Origin: Candidatus Rokuibacteriota bacterium
GTDB taxonomy: Bacteria; Methylomirabilota; Methylomirabilia; Rokubacteriales; DASRDR01
Direction: 5' to 3'
NCBI GenBank assembly: GCA_044866005.1
Contig: JBIOTN010000054.1
Span: forward strand, 1 to 46,558
Length of the DNA stretch: 46,558 nucleotides
The stretch's first letter is position 1; each line of letters begins with the position of its first letter. This document shows positions 17,623 to 27,953 of the stretch, piece after piece. The notes beneath the pieces are model-generated. The model was not told the DNA's origin. It did no database searches and worked only from the letters and a program-made list of their open reading frames with translations. The position numbers were made by a program, and so were the translations under genes.

Positions 17623-19131
17623 ATGACTGACCGGAGGGCACGGTGGAGCCTCGGGATGCTGGCGCTCGCGGCCGTCCTCGCCTGGGCGGGGCCGGCGGAC
17701 GCCCAGGGCGTGCTGCGGGTCGGCATCGCCTCGAACCTGAACACGCTCGACCCGCCCAAGATGAAGATCGGCGAGGAGTACGTCGTCAACTTCCTCGTCT
17801 TCAACGCCCTCACGCAGATCGGCCCCGACATGAAGGTGCGGCCGGATCTGGCGGAGCGCTGGGAGGCGAGCCCCGACCTCAAGACCTGGACCTTCCACCT
17901 GCGGAAGGGCGTCCGGTTCCACCACGGGCGCGAGCTCGACGCCGAGGACGTCGTGGCCAGCGTGAACCGGGTCCTCGACAAGGCCACCGGCTCGGCCGCC
18001 CGGGTGAACCTGCTCGTGATCAACGACGTGAAGGCCGTCGACCGGCACACCGTCCGGTTCACCCTGACCATCCCCTACTCCGGCTTCGCCGAGGTGATGG
18101 GCGACCGGGTCGCCAAGATCACGCCGCGGGACCGCGTCGACGCGCTGGCGACGGCGCCGGTGGGGACCGGGCCCTTCAAGTTCAAGGAGTACGTGCCCGG
18201 CGACCACCTGACGATGGTCAAGAACCCCGACTACTTCGAGAAGGGCGCGCCGCTGCTCGACGAGGTCGTCCTCCGGATCATCCCGGAGAGCGCGGCGCTG
18301 ACGACGGCGCTCGAGGCGGGCAGCATCGACCTCATCCTCTTCGCGCCGCTGGAGGCGATCGAGAAGATCAAGGCCAACCCGGCGCTCGTCGTGGACGCCG
18401 TCCCCAGCTCGAGCTGGGACGCGGTGGTCATGCGGTGCGACATCCTGCCGTTCAACAACGTGAAGCTCCGGCAAGCGCTGGCCGCGGCGGCCGACAAGCC
18501 GGCCCTGGTCCAGCTCGCCCTGTTCGGGCAGGGCACGCCCACCCACACGGCCATCGCGCCGAGCCACCCGTTCTTCAACAAGAGCCTGCCGGTCCGGAAG
18601 CCGGACCTGGCCCTCGGCAAGAAGCTGATGGCCGAGGCGGGGTTCCCGAGCGGGATCGACCTGAAGCTCTTCATCCCGGCCGGGCGGCCGGCCCGGGAGC
18701 GGATCGGCATCGCGATCCGCGAGATGGCCAAGCCGCTCGGGATGCGCATCGACCTGCAGCGGGTGCCGTGGGACAAGTTCGTCGCCGACATCGAGGGCAA
18801 GGCGGAGTTCAACGTGGACGGCTTCTTCAGCCGGCCGACGCTCGACACCGCGATCTACCCCTGGTACCACAGCACCGGGTCCTGGAACGCGATCACGTGG
18901 CACTATGCGAACCCACGGGTCGACCAGATCCTGGACCAGGCGCGGGCCACCCCGTCAGAGGAGGAGCAGCGGCGCCTCTACCAGGAGTTCCAGGCCATCG
19001 TGGACACCGACGTGCCGGGAATCGTGCCGTACGTGGTGAACCACGTGAACGCCTACCGCAAGGAGGTCAAGGGGTTCAAGTCGACGCCGATGATGTGGCT
19101 CGATCTGCGACGGGTCACGCTCGCCAGGTAG
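17623..19131 (+). CDS. Peptide family-5 ABC substrate-binding protein, Sec signal
   Basis: Signal peptide ending ADA-Q; PDLAERWE, LRKGVRFH, GTGPFK; AGGAGG RBS. Confidence 0.92.
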   Translation: MTDRRARWSLGMLALAAVLAWAGPADAQGVLRVGIASNLNTLDPPKMKIGEEYVVNFLVFNALTQIGPDMKVRPDLAERWEASPDLKTWTFHLRKGVRFHHGRELDAEDVVASVNRVLDKATGSAARVNLLVINDVKAVDRHTVRFTLTIPYSGFAEVMGDRVAKITPRDRVDALATAPVGTGPFKFKEYVPGDHLTMVKNPDYFEKGAPLLDEVVLRIIPESAALTTALEAGSIDLILFAPLEAIEKIKANPALVVDAVPSSSWDAVVMRCDILPFNNVKLRQALAAAADKPALVQLALFGQGTPTHTAIAPSHPFFNKSLPVRKPDLALGKKLMAEAGFPSGIDLKLFIPAGRPARERIGIAIREMAKPLGMRIDLQRVPWDKFVADIEGKAEFNVDGFFSRPTLDTAIYPWYHSTGSWNAITWHYANPRVDQILDQARATPSEEEQRRLYQEFQAIVDTDVPGIVPYVVNHVNAYRKEVKGFKSTPMMWLDLRRVTLAR

Positions 19132-19200
19132 CCCTCGCGCCGTACGCGCGGCTGCGGCGGGGCCGGCGACGGTCGGCCGGGCCCCGCCGGGGAACCCGGG

Positions 19201-20157
19201 ATGCTCGCCTACGTGCTCCAGCGGCTGGTCTACATCGCGGTCACCCTCGTCCTGATCTCCGTCCTCGTCTTCGCCATCACCCAGATCCTGCCCGGGAACG
19301 TCGCGCGGATGATCCTGGACCAGTACGCGACCCCCGAGAGCCTCCAGGCGCTCGAGGCGAAGCTCGGCCTGAACGACCCGTACCCCGTCCAGTACTGGCG
19401 CTGGGCGTCGGCCCTCCTCCGCGGCGACCTGTCCCGGTCGCTGATCATGGACCAGCCGATCGGCCCGCTCCTGTGGCCGGCCCTCCAGCGCTCGGCGGTC
19501 CTGGCCCTCCTCTCGATCGGCGCGGTGACGGTCCTCGGCCTCGGGCTCGGGATCCTCGCCGCCGTCCGCCAGAACCGGCCCGCCGACCACGCCATCTCGG
19601 TCTTCACGTTCCTCGGGATCTCGGTCCCCGAGTTCTTCTGGGGCATCGTCCTGATGCTCGTCTTCGCCGGCTACTTGCGCTGGCTCCCGGCCGCCGGCTA
19701 CGCGCCGATCAGCGAGGGTTTGTGGCCGTGGCTGTCGCACCTGATCGTCCCGGTCGCGACCCTGACCTTCACCCTCCTCGCCCACGTCTCCCGGCTCACC
19801 CGGTCGAGCGTTCTCGAGGTGCTCCAGAGCCCGTACATCCGGGCGGCGCGCGCGAAGGGGCTCCCGGAGCGCGTCGTCCTCGTCCGGCACGCCCTCCGGA
19901 ACGGGCTCCTCCCCACGATCACGGTGCTGGCGCTCGACGTCGGGTGGCTGATCGGCGGCATCGTGGTCGTCGAGACGATCTTCGCCTTCCCCGGCGTCGG
20001 CCGGCTCCTGATGTTCGCGATCCAGCGCCGCGACCTGCCGCTCCTGCAGGTCACCATCCTGATCGTCACGTCGGTCTACTGCTGCGCGAACCTGGCGGCC
20101 GACCTCCTCTACGCCTACGTGAACCCGCGGATCCGTTATGGCCGCGCCGCCGGCTGA
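19201..20157 (+). CDS. Peptide ABC permease (DppB-like)
   Basis: ILPGN, YIRAARAKGL, ETIFAFPGVG, NPRIR. Confidence 0.93.
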   Translation: MLAYVLQRLVYIAVTLVLISVLVFAITQILPGNVARMILDQYATPESLQALEAKLGLNDPYPVQYWRWASALLRGDLSRSLIMDQPIGPLLWPALQRSAVLALLSIGAVTVLGLGLGILAAVRQNRPADHAISVFTFLGISVPEFFWGIVLMLVFAGYLRWLPAAGYAPISEGLWPWLSHLIVPVATLTFTLLAHVSRLTRSSVLEVLQSPYIRAARAKGLPERVVLVRHALRNGLLPTITVLALDVGWLIGGIVVVETIFAFPGVGRLLMFAIQRRDLPLLQVTILIVTSVYCCANLAADLLYAYVNPRIRYGRAAG

Positions 20158-21010
20158 CGCGGTCGCCGCCCCCGCCCGGCCGCGGCGGGCCGCCGTCCCG
20201 CCGTCCCTCCGGGCGGGCGCCCTGATCGTGGGCGTGGTGGTCCTCGCGGCGCTGGCCGCCCCGGTCGTGGCCCCGTACCCCTATGACGAGATGCACTTCC
20301 TCGACCGGCTCAAGCCTCCGAGCCGGGCGTACCTCCTGGGGACGGACGAGTTCGGGCGGGACGTCCTGAGCCGCACGCTGTTCGGCGCCCGGCTGTCCCT
20401 GTTCATCGGGGCGGGGGCGACGCTCGTCTGCATGGGCCTCGGCGTGCCGATCGGGCTGGTCGCCGGCTACGCCCGGGGACGGCTCGACGAGATCATCATG
20501 CGGGCCATGGACGTGATCATGTCCTTTCCGCCCATCCTGCTCGGGCTTCTGATCCTCGCCGTCACGCCGCCCAGCATCTGGAAGACGACGGTGGCGGTGG
20601 GGCTCGTCTACGTGCCGGCCATCGTCCGCATCACCCGCAGCGTGACGCTCGGTCTGGCGGGCGAGGAGTTCGTCCAGGCCGCCCGGGCGCGAGGCGAGCG
20701 GGCGCTCTACATCCTGGGCGCCGAGATCCTGCCGAACGCCTGGCCACCGGTCATCGTCGAGGCGAGCCTGCGGGTGACCTTCGCCATCCTCCTCGGCGCG
20801 GCGCTCTCCTTCCTCGGCCTCGGCGCGCAGCCGCCGAGCTCGGACTGGGGGCTGATGATCGGGGAGGCGCGCGCCTTCGTCGACACGGCGCCCTGGGTCG
20901 CGATGGCGCCGGGGGTCGCCATGTGCCTCACGGTGGTGGGCGTCAACCTCCTCGGCGACGGGCTGCGGGAGATCCTGGACCCGCGGCTCGCGCGGGTGCG
21001 TCCCGCATGA
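20138..21010 (+). CDS. Peptide ABC permease (DppC-like)
   Basis: LGTDEFGRD, EFVQAARARG, ILPN, DWGLMI, NLLGDGLRE. Confidence 0.93.
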   Translation: MAAPPADAVAAPARPRRAAVPPSLRAGALIVGVVVLAALAAPVVAPYPYDEMHFLDRLKPPSRAYLLGTDEFGRDVLSRTLFGARLSLFIGAGATLVCMGLGVPIGLVAGYARGRLDEIIMRAMDVIMSFPPILLGLLILAVTPPSIWKTTVAVGLVYVPAIVRITRSVTLGLAGEEFVQAARARGERALYILGAEILPNAWPPVIVEASLRVTFAILLGAALSFLGLGAQPPSSDWGLMIGEARAFVDTAPWVAMAPGVAMCLTVVGVNLLGDGLREILDPRLARVRPA

Positions 21011-23091
21011 CCGGGCCGACGCCGCTCCTCGAGGTCCGGAACCTGACGGTCGAGTACCGGACCGATCGCGGCCCGCTCACGGCGCTGGCGGACGTATCCT
21101 TCGCCGTCGAGGAGGGCCGGGCGGTCGGCCTCGTCGGCGAGTCCGGCTCCGGCAAGAGCACGGCGGCGCTCGCCATCCTGGGGCTGCTCGGCGCCGAGGC
21201 CTCGGTCCGCGCGGGCGCGCTCCGCCTCGCCGGGCGGGACCTCCGCCGCCTGTCGTCGGGCGAGTGGCGGGCGCTGCGGGGCGACCGGATCGGGATGGTC
21301 TTCCAGGACCCGTTCACGGCGCTGAACCCCGCCCTCCGGGTGGGGCTCCAGATCGCCGAGCCCCTGATCCACCACCGCGGGCTGCCTCGGGGCGAGGCGC
21401 TCCGCGCCGCCCGGGAGCTCCTGCGGAAGGTCGGGATCCCGCGCCCCGACGTCCTGGCCCGCGCCTACCCCCACCAGCTCAGCGGGGGCATGCAGCAGCG
21501 CGCCCTGATCGCCACGGCGCTGGCCTGCAATCCGGCCTTGCTCGTCCTCGACGAGCCGACGACCGCGCTCGACGTGACGGTCGAGGCGCAGATCCTCGAC
21601 CTCCTCGAGGATCTCCGGGCCGCCGAGCGGCGGAGCCTCCTCTTCATCAGCCACAACCTCGGCGTCGTCTACCGCCTCTGCGAGGACGTCACGATCCTCT
21701 ACGCCGGCCAGGTCGTCGAGCAGGGGCCGACCCGCGAGGTCTTCGCCCGCCCGCTCCACCCGTACAGCCGGGGGCTGCTCGCCTCGCTGCCGCGGGGCCG
21801 GAGCCGCCGGCTGACCCCGATCCCGGGGGCGTTCCCGGACCTGGTCCAGCCGCCGGGCGGCTGCCTCTTCCACCCGCGCTGCCCGTTCGCCGAGGCGCGC
21901 TGCGCCGAGGAGCCCCAGGCGCTGGCGCCGGTCGCGGGAGGGCGCGCGGTCCGCTGCTGGAAGGCGGCCGAGGTCACCGATCGCCCCTGGCCGAGCCAGC
22001 CGGTCGCGGGGATCGCGCGCGGGTCGGCGCCGAAGCGAGCGCTGATCGAGGCCGACGCCCTCCGCAAGGAGTACCGGCTCGGCGGCCTCTGGTCGGGGCT
22101 GCGCCTCGGCCGGTCCCCAGGGGGGCGGTGGCCGATCCCGCTGCGGGCGCCGCGGGTCCGCGCCGTGGACGGCGTCTCCCTGGCCATCGCGGCGGGCGAG
22201 GTGTTCGGCCTGGTGGGGGAAAGTGGCTGCGGCAAATCGACGCTGGGCCGCTGTCTGCTGCGTCTGGTCGAGCCCACGGCCGGCCGGATCGTCATGGGCG
22301 GCCGGGACGCCACGCGCCTCGGACCCGCGGCGCTTCGTCCTCTCCGCCGGCGCGCGCAGATCATCTTCCAGAACCCCGACTCGTCGCTGAACCCGCGCAA
22401 GACGGTCCGCCAGATCGTCGGGCGCCCCCTCGCGGTCTTCGGGCTGGCAAGCGGGGCGGCCCGCGACCGGCGCGTGAGCGAGCTCCTCGAGATGGTCCGC
22501 TTGCCGACGACCTACGCGGGCCGCTACCCCCACCAGCTGAGCGGCGGCGAGAAGCAGCGGGTCGGCATCGCCCGGGCGCTGGCCCCGGAGCCGGAGTTCC
22601 TGGTCTGCGACGAGCCGGTCTCGGCGCTCGACGTCTCGGTGCAGGCCTCGATCCTGAACGTCCTCGCCGACCTGCGCGACCAGCTCGGTCTGGCCTATCT
22701 CTTCATCTCGCACGACCTGTCCGTGGTCGCCCACCTGGCGAACCGGATCGCGGTCATGTACCAGGGGACGTTCTGCGAGGTGGGCGGAGTGGACGACGTC
22801 CTCCAGCCGCCCTACCACCCCTACACGCAGGCCCTGCTCTCCGCGATCCCGCTGCCCGATCCGGCGACGATGGCCCGGGCCCGGATCCGCCTCCGGGGCG
22901 ACGCCACGGCGCTGACGGCCGAGCCGCGCGGCTGCCGGTTCCACCCGCGGTGTCCGAAGAAGATCGGGCGGATCTGCGAGGACGTGCCGCCGCCGGCGGT
23001 CGAGGCGGCGCCCGGCCACTGGATCGCCTGCCACCTCCCGCTGGACGAGCTCCGGGCCCTGGAGCCGACCGCGCCACTCGGCTGGCGCTGA
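21007..23091 (+). CDS. Fused dual-domain oligopeptide ABC ATPase (DppD-DppF type)
   Basis: Two GESGxGKS, two LSGG, two HPY and two GCxFHPRCP motifs. Confidence 0.93.
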   Translation: MTGPTPLLEVRNLTVEYRTDRGPLTALADVSFAVEEGRAVGLVGESGSGKSTAALAILGLLGAEASVRAGALRLAGRDLRRLSSGEWRALRGDRIGMVFQDPFTALNPALRVGLQIAEPLIHHRGLPRGEALRAARELLRKVGIPRPDVLARAYPHQLSGGMQQRALIATALACNPALLVLDEPTTALDVTVEAQILDLLEDLRAAERRSLLFISHNLGVVYRLCEDVTILYAGQVVEQGPTREVFARPLHPYSRGLLASLPRGRSRRLTPIPGAFPDLVQPPGGCLFHPRCPFAEARCAEEPQALAPVAGGRAVRCWKAAEVTDRPWPSQPVAGIARGSAPKRALIEADALRKEYRLGGLWSGLRLGRSPGGRWPIPLRAPRVRAVDGVSLAIAAGEVFGLVGESGCGKSTLGRCLLRLVEPTAGRIVMGGRDATRLGPAALRPLRRRAQIIFQNPDSSLNPRKTVRQIVGRPLAVFGLASGAARDRRVSELLEMVRLPTTYAGRYPHQLSGGEKQRVGIARALAPEPEFLVCDEPVSALDVSVQASILNVLADLRDQLGLAYLFISHDLSVVAHLANRIAVMYQGTFCEVGGVDDVLQPPYHPYTQALLSAIPLPDPATMARARIRLRGDATALTAEPRGCRFHPRCPKKIGRICEDVPPPAVEAAPGHWIACHLPLDELRALEPTAPLGWR

Positions 23092-23106
23092 CGCGAGCCG
23101 CCCGTC

Positions 23107-23556
23107 GTGGAGGTCGCCCCGGCCGACCGGGGCCACCCGGTCGTGGACGACTTCGTGGCCTCGACGAGCCCCCCGCCCGATCAGCAGGCGACGCTGCGCC
23201 AGGCGATCGACGCGACGTTCGCGCAGGTCGAGCGGGAGCTGCGCCGGAACCACGTCGCGAGCGCGATGGGCCTGGCGCTCGGGGTCTCGGTGCTGCTCGT
23301 CCACGGCCGCGAGCTCTCCGACGCCGAGAGCACCGAGCTGATCCTCGGCCTCGACGACGTGATCGCGGCGTCACCGCAGTGGCAGGCGATGACGGCCCGG
23401 CAGAAGCAGACGATCAACGACTCGCTGATCCTGACCTCCGCCCTGATCATCCAGTTCGCCGCGCTCGGTCAGCAGGACGAGGGCATGAGGCAGCTGAGCG
23501 TCGGCATGGCCCGCGACCTGCTCGCGCGCCTCACGGGGTCGCCGACCGGCGACTGA
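23107..23556 (+). CDS. Helical hypothetical protein (DUF6683-like), possibly N-truncated
   Basis: NHVASAMGLAL...MTARQKQTINDSLI pattern; codon usage looks coding. Confidence 0.6.
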   Translation: MEVAPADRGHPVVDDFVASTSPPPDQQATLRQAIDATFAQVERELRRNHVASAMGLALGVSVLLVHGRELSDAESTELILGLDDVIAASPQWQAMTARQKQTINDSLILTSALIIQFAALGQQDEGMRQLSVGMARDLLARLTGSPTGD

Positions 23557-23589
23557 GCGGCGCGGGACGGCGGCCCTCCCCGCCCGCGC

Positions 23590-24654
23590 TCACCGCGTGG
23601 GATCGGGCCCTTCCACCGTGGGGAGCGGGCGGTTCCGGAGCATCTGGTCGAAGGCCTGGTCCTGGGCCGCCTCGGGCGAGAGGGCGTCGGGCGACCGCGC
23701 CGGGTCACGGGGGAACACGAGGGCCGTCTTGCCGAGGGCGCGGTCGGCGAAGACGATGACCACCCGGACCGGCAGCGCCTTGCCGACCACGGGACGCTCC
23801 TCGATCGGCACGTAGCGGGGCGCCTCGATCCCGGCCTGGCCTTCGATGCCGCGCGCCCACTCCGCCACGTTGGGCGCGGCGAGCGCGGCCCCCTGCATCT
23901 CCGCGACCAGCCGCCGCATGTCCTCGCCCCGCGCCGCCCGGGCCATGAGCTCCGCGGGGTCAGGCTGCTGGGCCGCGCGGATGGCCGCTTCCAGCTCGGC
24001 CCGCGTGTAGCCCGGCCGTCCCGGCGCGTAGAAGGCGACGACGCGATCCGGCGGGTCGGCGGTCAGGAAGACCGCGCGCCGCGGCCCGCTGGCCAGGAAG
24101 CTGTAGACGCTCCCCGGGTACAGGCGCGCTCGCAGGGCCGCCGCGTCGGGGCGGGCGTCGGGCACGAGGTCGAGGACCGGGACCCGCGGGGCGCCGGTGA
24201 CCTGCCCGTACTCGCGGGAGGCGACCGCCTGCCAGCGCGCCGCGTCCACCGTGGCGAGCAGCGCGAGCCCCGCCCGGCGGACGCCCGGGTACGGGCTCTC
24301 CAGCGCGGCCTCGCCGAGCGCCGCGTCGGCCGGGGCCGGGCCGGCCGCCGTGAGGCGCTGGAGACCGAAGCGCTGGAGGGTCGGCCAGGTGGCCTGCGCG
24401 GCCTCCCGGAGGATCGTCCGGTCGACCCGTCCGCCGCCGGCCTCGAGGTAGCGGAGGTGCACGAGGAGCAGGCGCTCGGCCGCCTCGCGGCGCGCCCGGC
24501 AGGCGGGGCTCCCGCCCTGGCCCGGCCCGCAGTCCTGGTCCAGGGCGGCGATCGTCGCGGCGACCCCGGGCGGCTGGGCCCCGGCGGCGGCCGCGAGCCC
24601 GCCCAGCAGGCCGGCGCCCAGCGCGAGCGCCGCGAGTCGCGACCGTCGGCTCAT
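23590..24654 (-). CDS. Secreted hypothetical protein with a HEAT-like segment
   Basis: Signal peptide MSRRSRLAALAL...AGAQ; ALESPYPGVRRAGLALL; ATGA-coupled to the upstream gene. Confidence 0.75.
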   Translation of the reverse strand: MSRRSRLAALALGAGLLGGLAAAAGAQPPGVAATIAALDQDCGPGQGGSPACRARREAAERLLLVHLRYLEAGGGRVDRTILREAAQATWPTLQRFGLQRLTAAGPAPADAALGEAALESPYPGVRRAGLALLATVDAARWQAVASREYGQVTGAPRVPVLDLVPDARPDAAALRARLYPGSVYSFLASGPRRAVFLTADPPDRVVAFYAPGRPGYTRAELEAAIRAAQQPDPAELMARAARGEDMRRLVAEMQGAALAAPNVAEWARGIEGQAGIEAPRYVPIEERPVVGKALPVRVVIVFADRALGKTALVFPRDPARSPDALSPEAAQDQAFDQMLRNRPLPTVEGPDPTR

Positions 24655-25418
24655 CGGGCGTTCTCCCGGGCGCCCTTGAGCTTGTCGCGGAGGAGCCGCG
24701 CCTGCTCGTCCACCCGCCGGAGGAAGTCGCGGCTGGGCGGCGGCGTGAGGCTCTCGGTGTCCACGCCGCAGCCCTTGGCCGTGGCAAGCTTGCGCATCGA
24801 GTCCCGCATCATCCGGAGCTGGACGGTGTACGCCCGGATCTCGTCCACCGCCTTCCGCCCGGAGTCGTTCCAGAAGTTGATGACCCACTGGCCGCGCTTG
24901 GCCTCGATGACCCCGCGCCCGGGGAAGCGGCGCGTGGCTTCCGCCCACACCCGGCGGCAGGTCTCCTGGTGGACCTTCTCGTGCTCGCGGAGCGTCTGGA
25001 TCAGGGGGTCGCACGCCTGCTGCTTGAGGTCGGACGCCTCCTCGATCGGGCAGGCCGCGTCGAGCACGTTGCAGCGCATCTGGCTCCCGGCGCGGCGCGG
25101 GGCCGTGTAGAGCGCGGTGAGGCGCGACAGGTCGCCCGGGTCCAGCTGGGCGGCCATCGCCATGAAGCACGGGGTCTCCGCCTCTTTCGTCTGCTGCCAG
25201 ACCTGCATGTTCAGGTCCACGAGCTGCTCGAGCGTGTCCGAGTCCCCGGCGAAGGGCCCCAGGATGTCGTAGAGGGCCAGCAGCACCTGGGCGGACATGA
25301 TCTCCTGCGCCCACATGCAGACGTCCTCGCAGTCCCCGCACCGGGGCGCCTGGGCTTCCGCCGAGGACCCGGCCAGGAGGACCGCCAGCGCGATCGCGCA
25401 CCAGTATCCCCGTCTCAT
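24651..25418 (-). CDS. Secreted Cys-rich protein with HExxH (putative zincin metallopeptidase)
   Basis: Signal peptide ending AEA-Q; HEKVH...DEIRAY; GAGGAGG RBS. Confidence 0.75.
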   Translation of the reverse strand: MRRGYWCAIALAVLLAGSSAEAQAPRCGDCEDVCMWAQEIMSAQVLLALYDILGPFAGDSDTLEQLVDLNMQVWQQTKEAETPCFMAMAAQLDPGDLSRLTALYTAPRRAGSQMRCNVLDAACPIEEASDLKQQACDPLIQTLREHEKVHQETCRRVWAEATRRFPGRGVIEAKRGQWVINFWNDSGRKAVDEIRAYTVQLRMMRDSMRKLATAKGCGVDTESLTPPPSRDFLRRVDEQARLLRDKLKGARENAR

Positions 25419-26818
25419 CCCTCCTCCTCGCACCCGGCTCCGCACAGGAGCCTCGTGATGGCCAGGTTCACGCGGGCCCGCCCGTTGCCGGGGTCGAGGG
25501 CGAGCGCCTGCCGGAAGGCGCTCGCCGCCGCGCGGTCCTCGCGCCGCCCGAGATGGGCCACGCCGAGGTTGGTCCACGCGCGGGAGCTGCCCGGGGCCTT
25601 GTGCACCGCGTCGCTCCAGAGCCGCGCGGGATCGGCCCACACGTGGACGCGCGCGCGCACGGCCGCCGCCGGGACGAGGAGGGCGACGGCCAGGGCGAGC
25701 CCGGCGGCGAGGGCCCGGCCCCCCGACGGCGCGGCCGCCGCCCGGACCGCCCACGCGCCCGCCGCGCCGAGCAGGAGCGCGGGGCCCACCCACGCGAGAT
25801 AGAGCGGCTTCTCGGTCATGATCTCGAGCCGGGCCACGAGGGAGTGGGTCGGCGCGAGCGCCGCCAGCACCCACCCGCCGGCCAGCGCGGCGAGGGGCGC
25901 GCGGCGGCGGCCGGCGACCGCGAGGAGGGCGAGCCCCACCGCGACCCCCGCGCCCGCGGCCACGTCGACGGCCCTGGGCGGCAGCGCGAACGGATGCACG
26001 ACCGAGAGCGCGTCCGGGCGGCCCCACAGGGAGAGGAGGCCGGGCAGGGCGCTCACGTTCGTCACGAGGCTCGTCCAGGGATCGCGCAGGTCGAGCGAGA
26101 ACTGGGCGAGGTAACGGTACCGGGGCGAGGCCGCGAGGAGGAGCACCGCGACCGCCGCCCCCGCGGCTGGCAGGACGGCCGCGCGGGCGGCGCGACGGCC
26201 GGGGGCCGCGCCCGGGCGCGTCCACTCCCAGAGCCAGACGAGGAGCGGCGCGACCAGGGCGACCTCCTTCGCCAGGGCCGCGCCGGCGAAGAGGCCGAGC
26301 GAGGCGGCGCGGAGCCTCCGTCCCCGGGACGTGCCCCCCGCCGTCGTCGCCGCATCGTGGCAGACCAGCCCCCAGAGCAGGAGCGCCGCCATCAGCCCGG
26401 TGGACCGCCCGCTCACGTAGGCGACCGTCTCGGCGTGGGCGGGCTGGAGCGCGAAGGCGAGCGCGGCGAGGCTTCCCCCGAGCGGCGTCCCGAGCCGCCG
26501 GCGGGCGAGCGCGTAGACGGCGAGCACGGTCGTCAGGTGGAGGACCAGGTTGGTGGCGAGGAACGGGCCCGGCTCGAGCCCGCGGCGCCAGGCATCGGCG
26601 AAGTAGCTCAGCCGGGAGAGCGGCCGGACACCGACCGCGAGGCGACGGGCGAGGGCCGCTGCGTCGGTCGTGGCCGGGTCACGGACGACGTTGTGGAAGT
26701 CGTCGAGCTGGAAGGTCCCGCCGGGAACGGTTCCCCACGCCACGGCCGCCAGGGCGAGCGCCACGAGCGGTGCCACGATCCACCCGGCCACCGGACGCCA
26801 CCGGGCCGCCGTCCCCAC
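25415..26818 (-). CDS. TMTC-like GT-C membrane glycosyltransferase with C-terminal TPR
   Basis: FQLDD, RPLSRLSY, ETVAYVSGRS, AKEVA, EKPLYL, W.D...LW..AV...PGS.RAW.NLG. Confidence 0.85.
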   Translation of the reverse strand: MGTAARWRPVAGWIVAPLVALALAAVAWGTVPGGTFQLDDFHNVVRDPATTDAAALARRLAVGVRPLSRLSYFADAWRRGLEPGPFLATNLVLHLTTVLAVYALARRRLGTPLGGSLAALAFALQPAHAETVAYVSGRSTGLMAALLLWGLVCHDAATTAGGTSRGRRLRAASLGLFAGAALAKEVALVAPLLVWLWEWTRPGAAPGRRAARAAVLPAAGAAVAVLLLAASPRYRYLAQFSLDLRDPWTSLVTNVSALPGLLSLWGRPDALSVVHPFALPPRAVDVAAGAGVAVGLALLAVAGRRRAPLAALAGGWVLAALAPTHSLVARLEIMTEKPLYLAWVGPALLLGAAGAWAVRAAAAPSGGRALAAGLALAVALLVPAAAVRARVHVWADPARLWSDAVHKAPGSSRAWTNLGVAHLGRREDRAAASAFRQALALDPGNGRARVNLAITRLLCGAGCEEEG

Positions 26819-27083
26819 GCGCCGATGCTACCTGGCGAGCCGCTCCGCCCGCAAGGGGATGGGGACGACCATCGCGGCGCCGCGCCCGGCGTCCGACCCG
26901 GGTCGAGCCGGCGACGCCCCAGCCGGCGCCATCGGTTACTGAGGACTCACCCCGGGCGCGGGGCGGACCGCAGCAGGCCGCCGTCCCGTCGGCGAGCCTG
27001 TCGCGCCGCCCACCGCCGGTCGCGGGCGGCCACTTCGGAGCGCGCTCGGTGTCGACACGTTCTCGAGCCTGCCGGCCGTCCGG

Positions 27084-27953
27084 TCAGCCCTTGGTGCGCT
27101 CTCGGACCTTCCAGGTGAGCGTCACACGCTCCAGGAGCTCGACCCCCTGGGTGAACAGCACGCCGAGCAGCGCCAATACGACGACGACGGCAAGCAGCTT
27201 GTCCGTGGCGGACTGGCCCGCGTACAGGATGATCTTCCCGCCCAGGCCCGTAATGACCATCAGCATTTCCGCCACGACCATCCCGACGACGGCCCGACCG
27301 ACCGACACCTTGAGACCGGCGAACATGAAAGGCAACGAGGCTGGCACGACGATCTTCAGGAGGACCTGCCACTCGCGTGCCCGTTCGGCGACGGCGATGT
27401 CGACAAAAGAACGGCTCACCTCGCGGACCCCGGCGCGCGTGTTCAGGATGATGGGAAAGATCGCGGCGAGCAGTACGATCGCCGCTCTCGACTTGAGCCC
27501 GAGACCGAACCAGAGGATCAGAAGAGGGATGAGCGCGACGTCCGGCGTGGAGTACAGGGCCGTGACCTGGGCGTTCAGGAGGCCGTCCACGATCCTGTAC
27601 CGGCCCATCGCCAGACCCAGCACGAAGCCCGCGACCGTCGCCAGGGCCCAGCCCAGGGCGAGACCCTGCAGGCTGCTGAGCATCGCCCCCGGCAGCTCGC
27701 CGGAAGCCAGCATCCGGGGAAACACCCGCGCGATCGCCGTCGGGTAGGAGAAGAAGACCGGGTCCACTCCTCGCCCGTACCATTCCCACACGCCCACCGT
27801 ACCGACCACGGACGCCAGGCTGACCCACCCGACGGGCGTCGAGTGTAGCCGGCGCGCCAGTCCCGGCCCGACCCTCTGCCAGGTGCCCCCTGTCCACCCG
27901 GGAGTGAATCTCGGGGTGGTCGACGAAGGCGACCTCGCAGGCATCCGGTCCAT
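27084..27953 (-). CDS. NitT/TauT-type ABC permease
   Basis: YSTPDVALIPLLILWFGLG, VVPASLPFMFAGLK, VVAEM. Confidence 0.9.
   Translation of the reverse strand: MDRMPARSPSSTTPRFTPGWTGGTWQRVGPGLARRLHSTPVGWVSLASVVGTVGVWEWYGRGVDPVFFSYPTAIARVFPRMLASGELPGAMLSSLQGLALGWALATVAGFVLGLAMGRYRIVDGLLNAQVTALYSTPDVALIPLLILWFGLGLKSRAAIVLLAAIFPIILNTRAGVREVSRSFVDIAVAERAREWQVLLKIVVPASLPFMFAGLKVSVGRAVVGMVVAEMLMVITGLGGKIILYAGQSATDKLLAVVVVLALLGVLFTQGVELLERVTLTWKVRERTKG

Noticed and set aside
26819..27083. att site or tRNA at the island boundary
   Set aside because: No tRNA-like fold and no repeat shared with 36612-36712 that I could find
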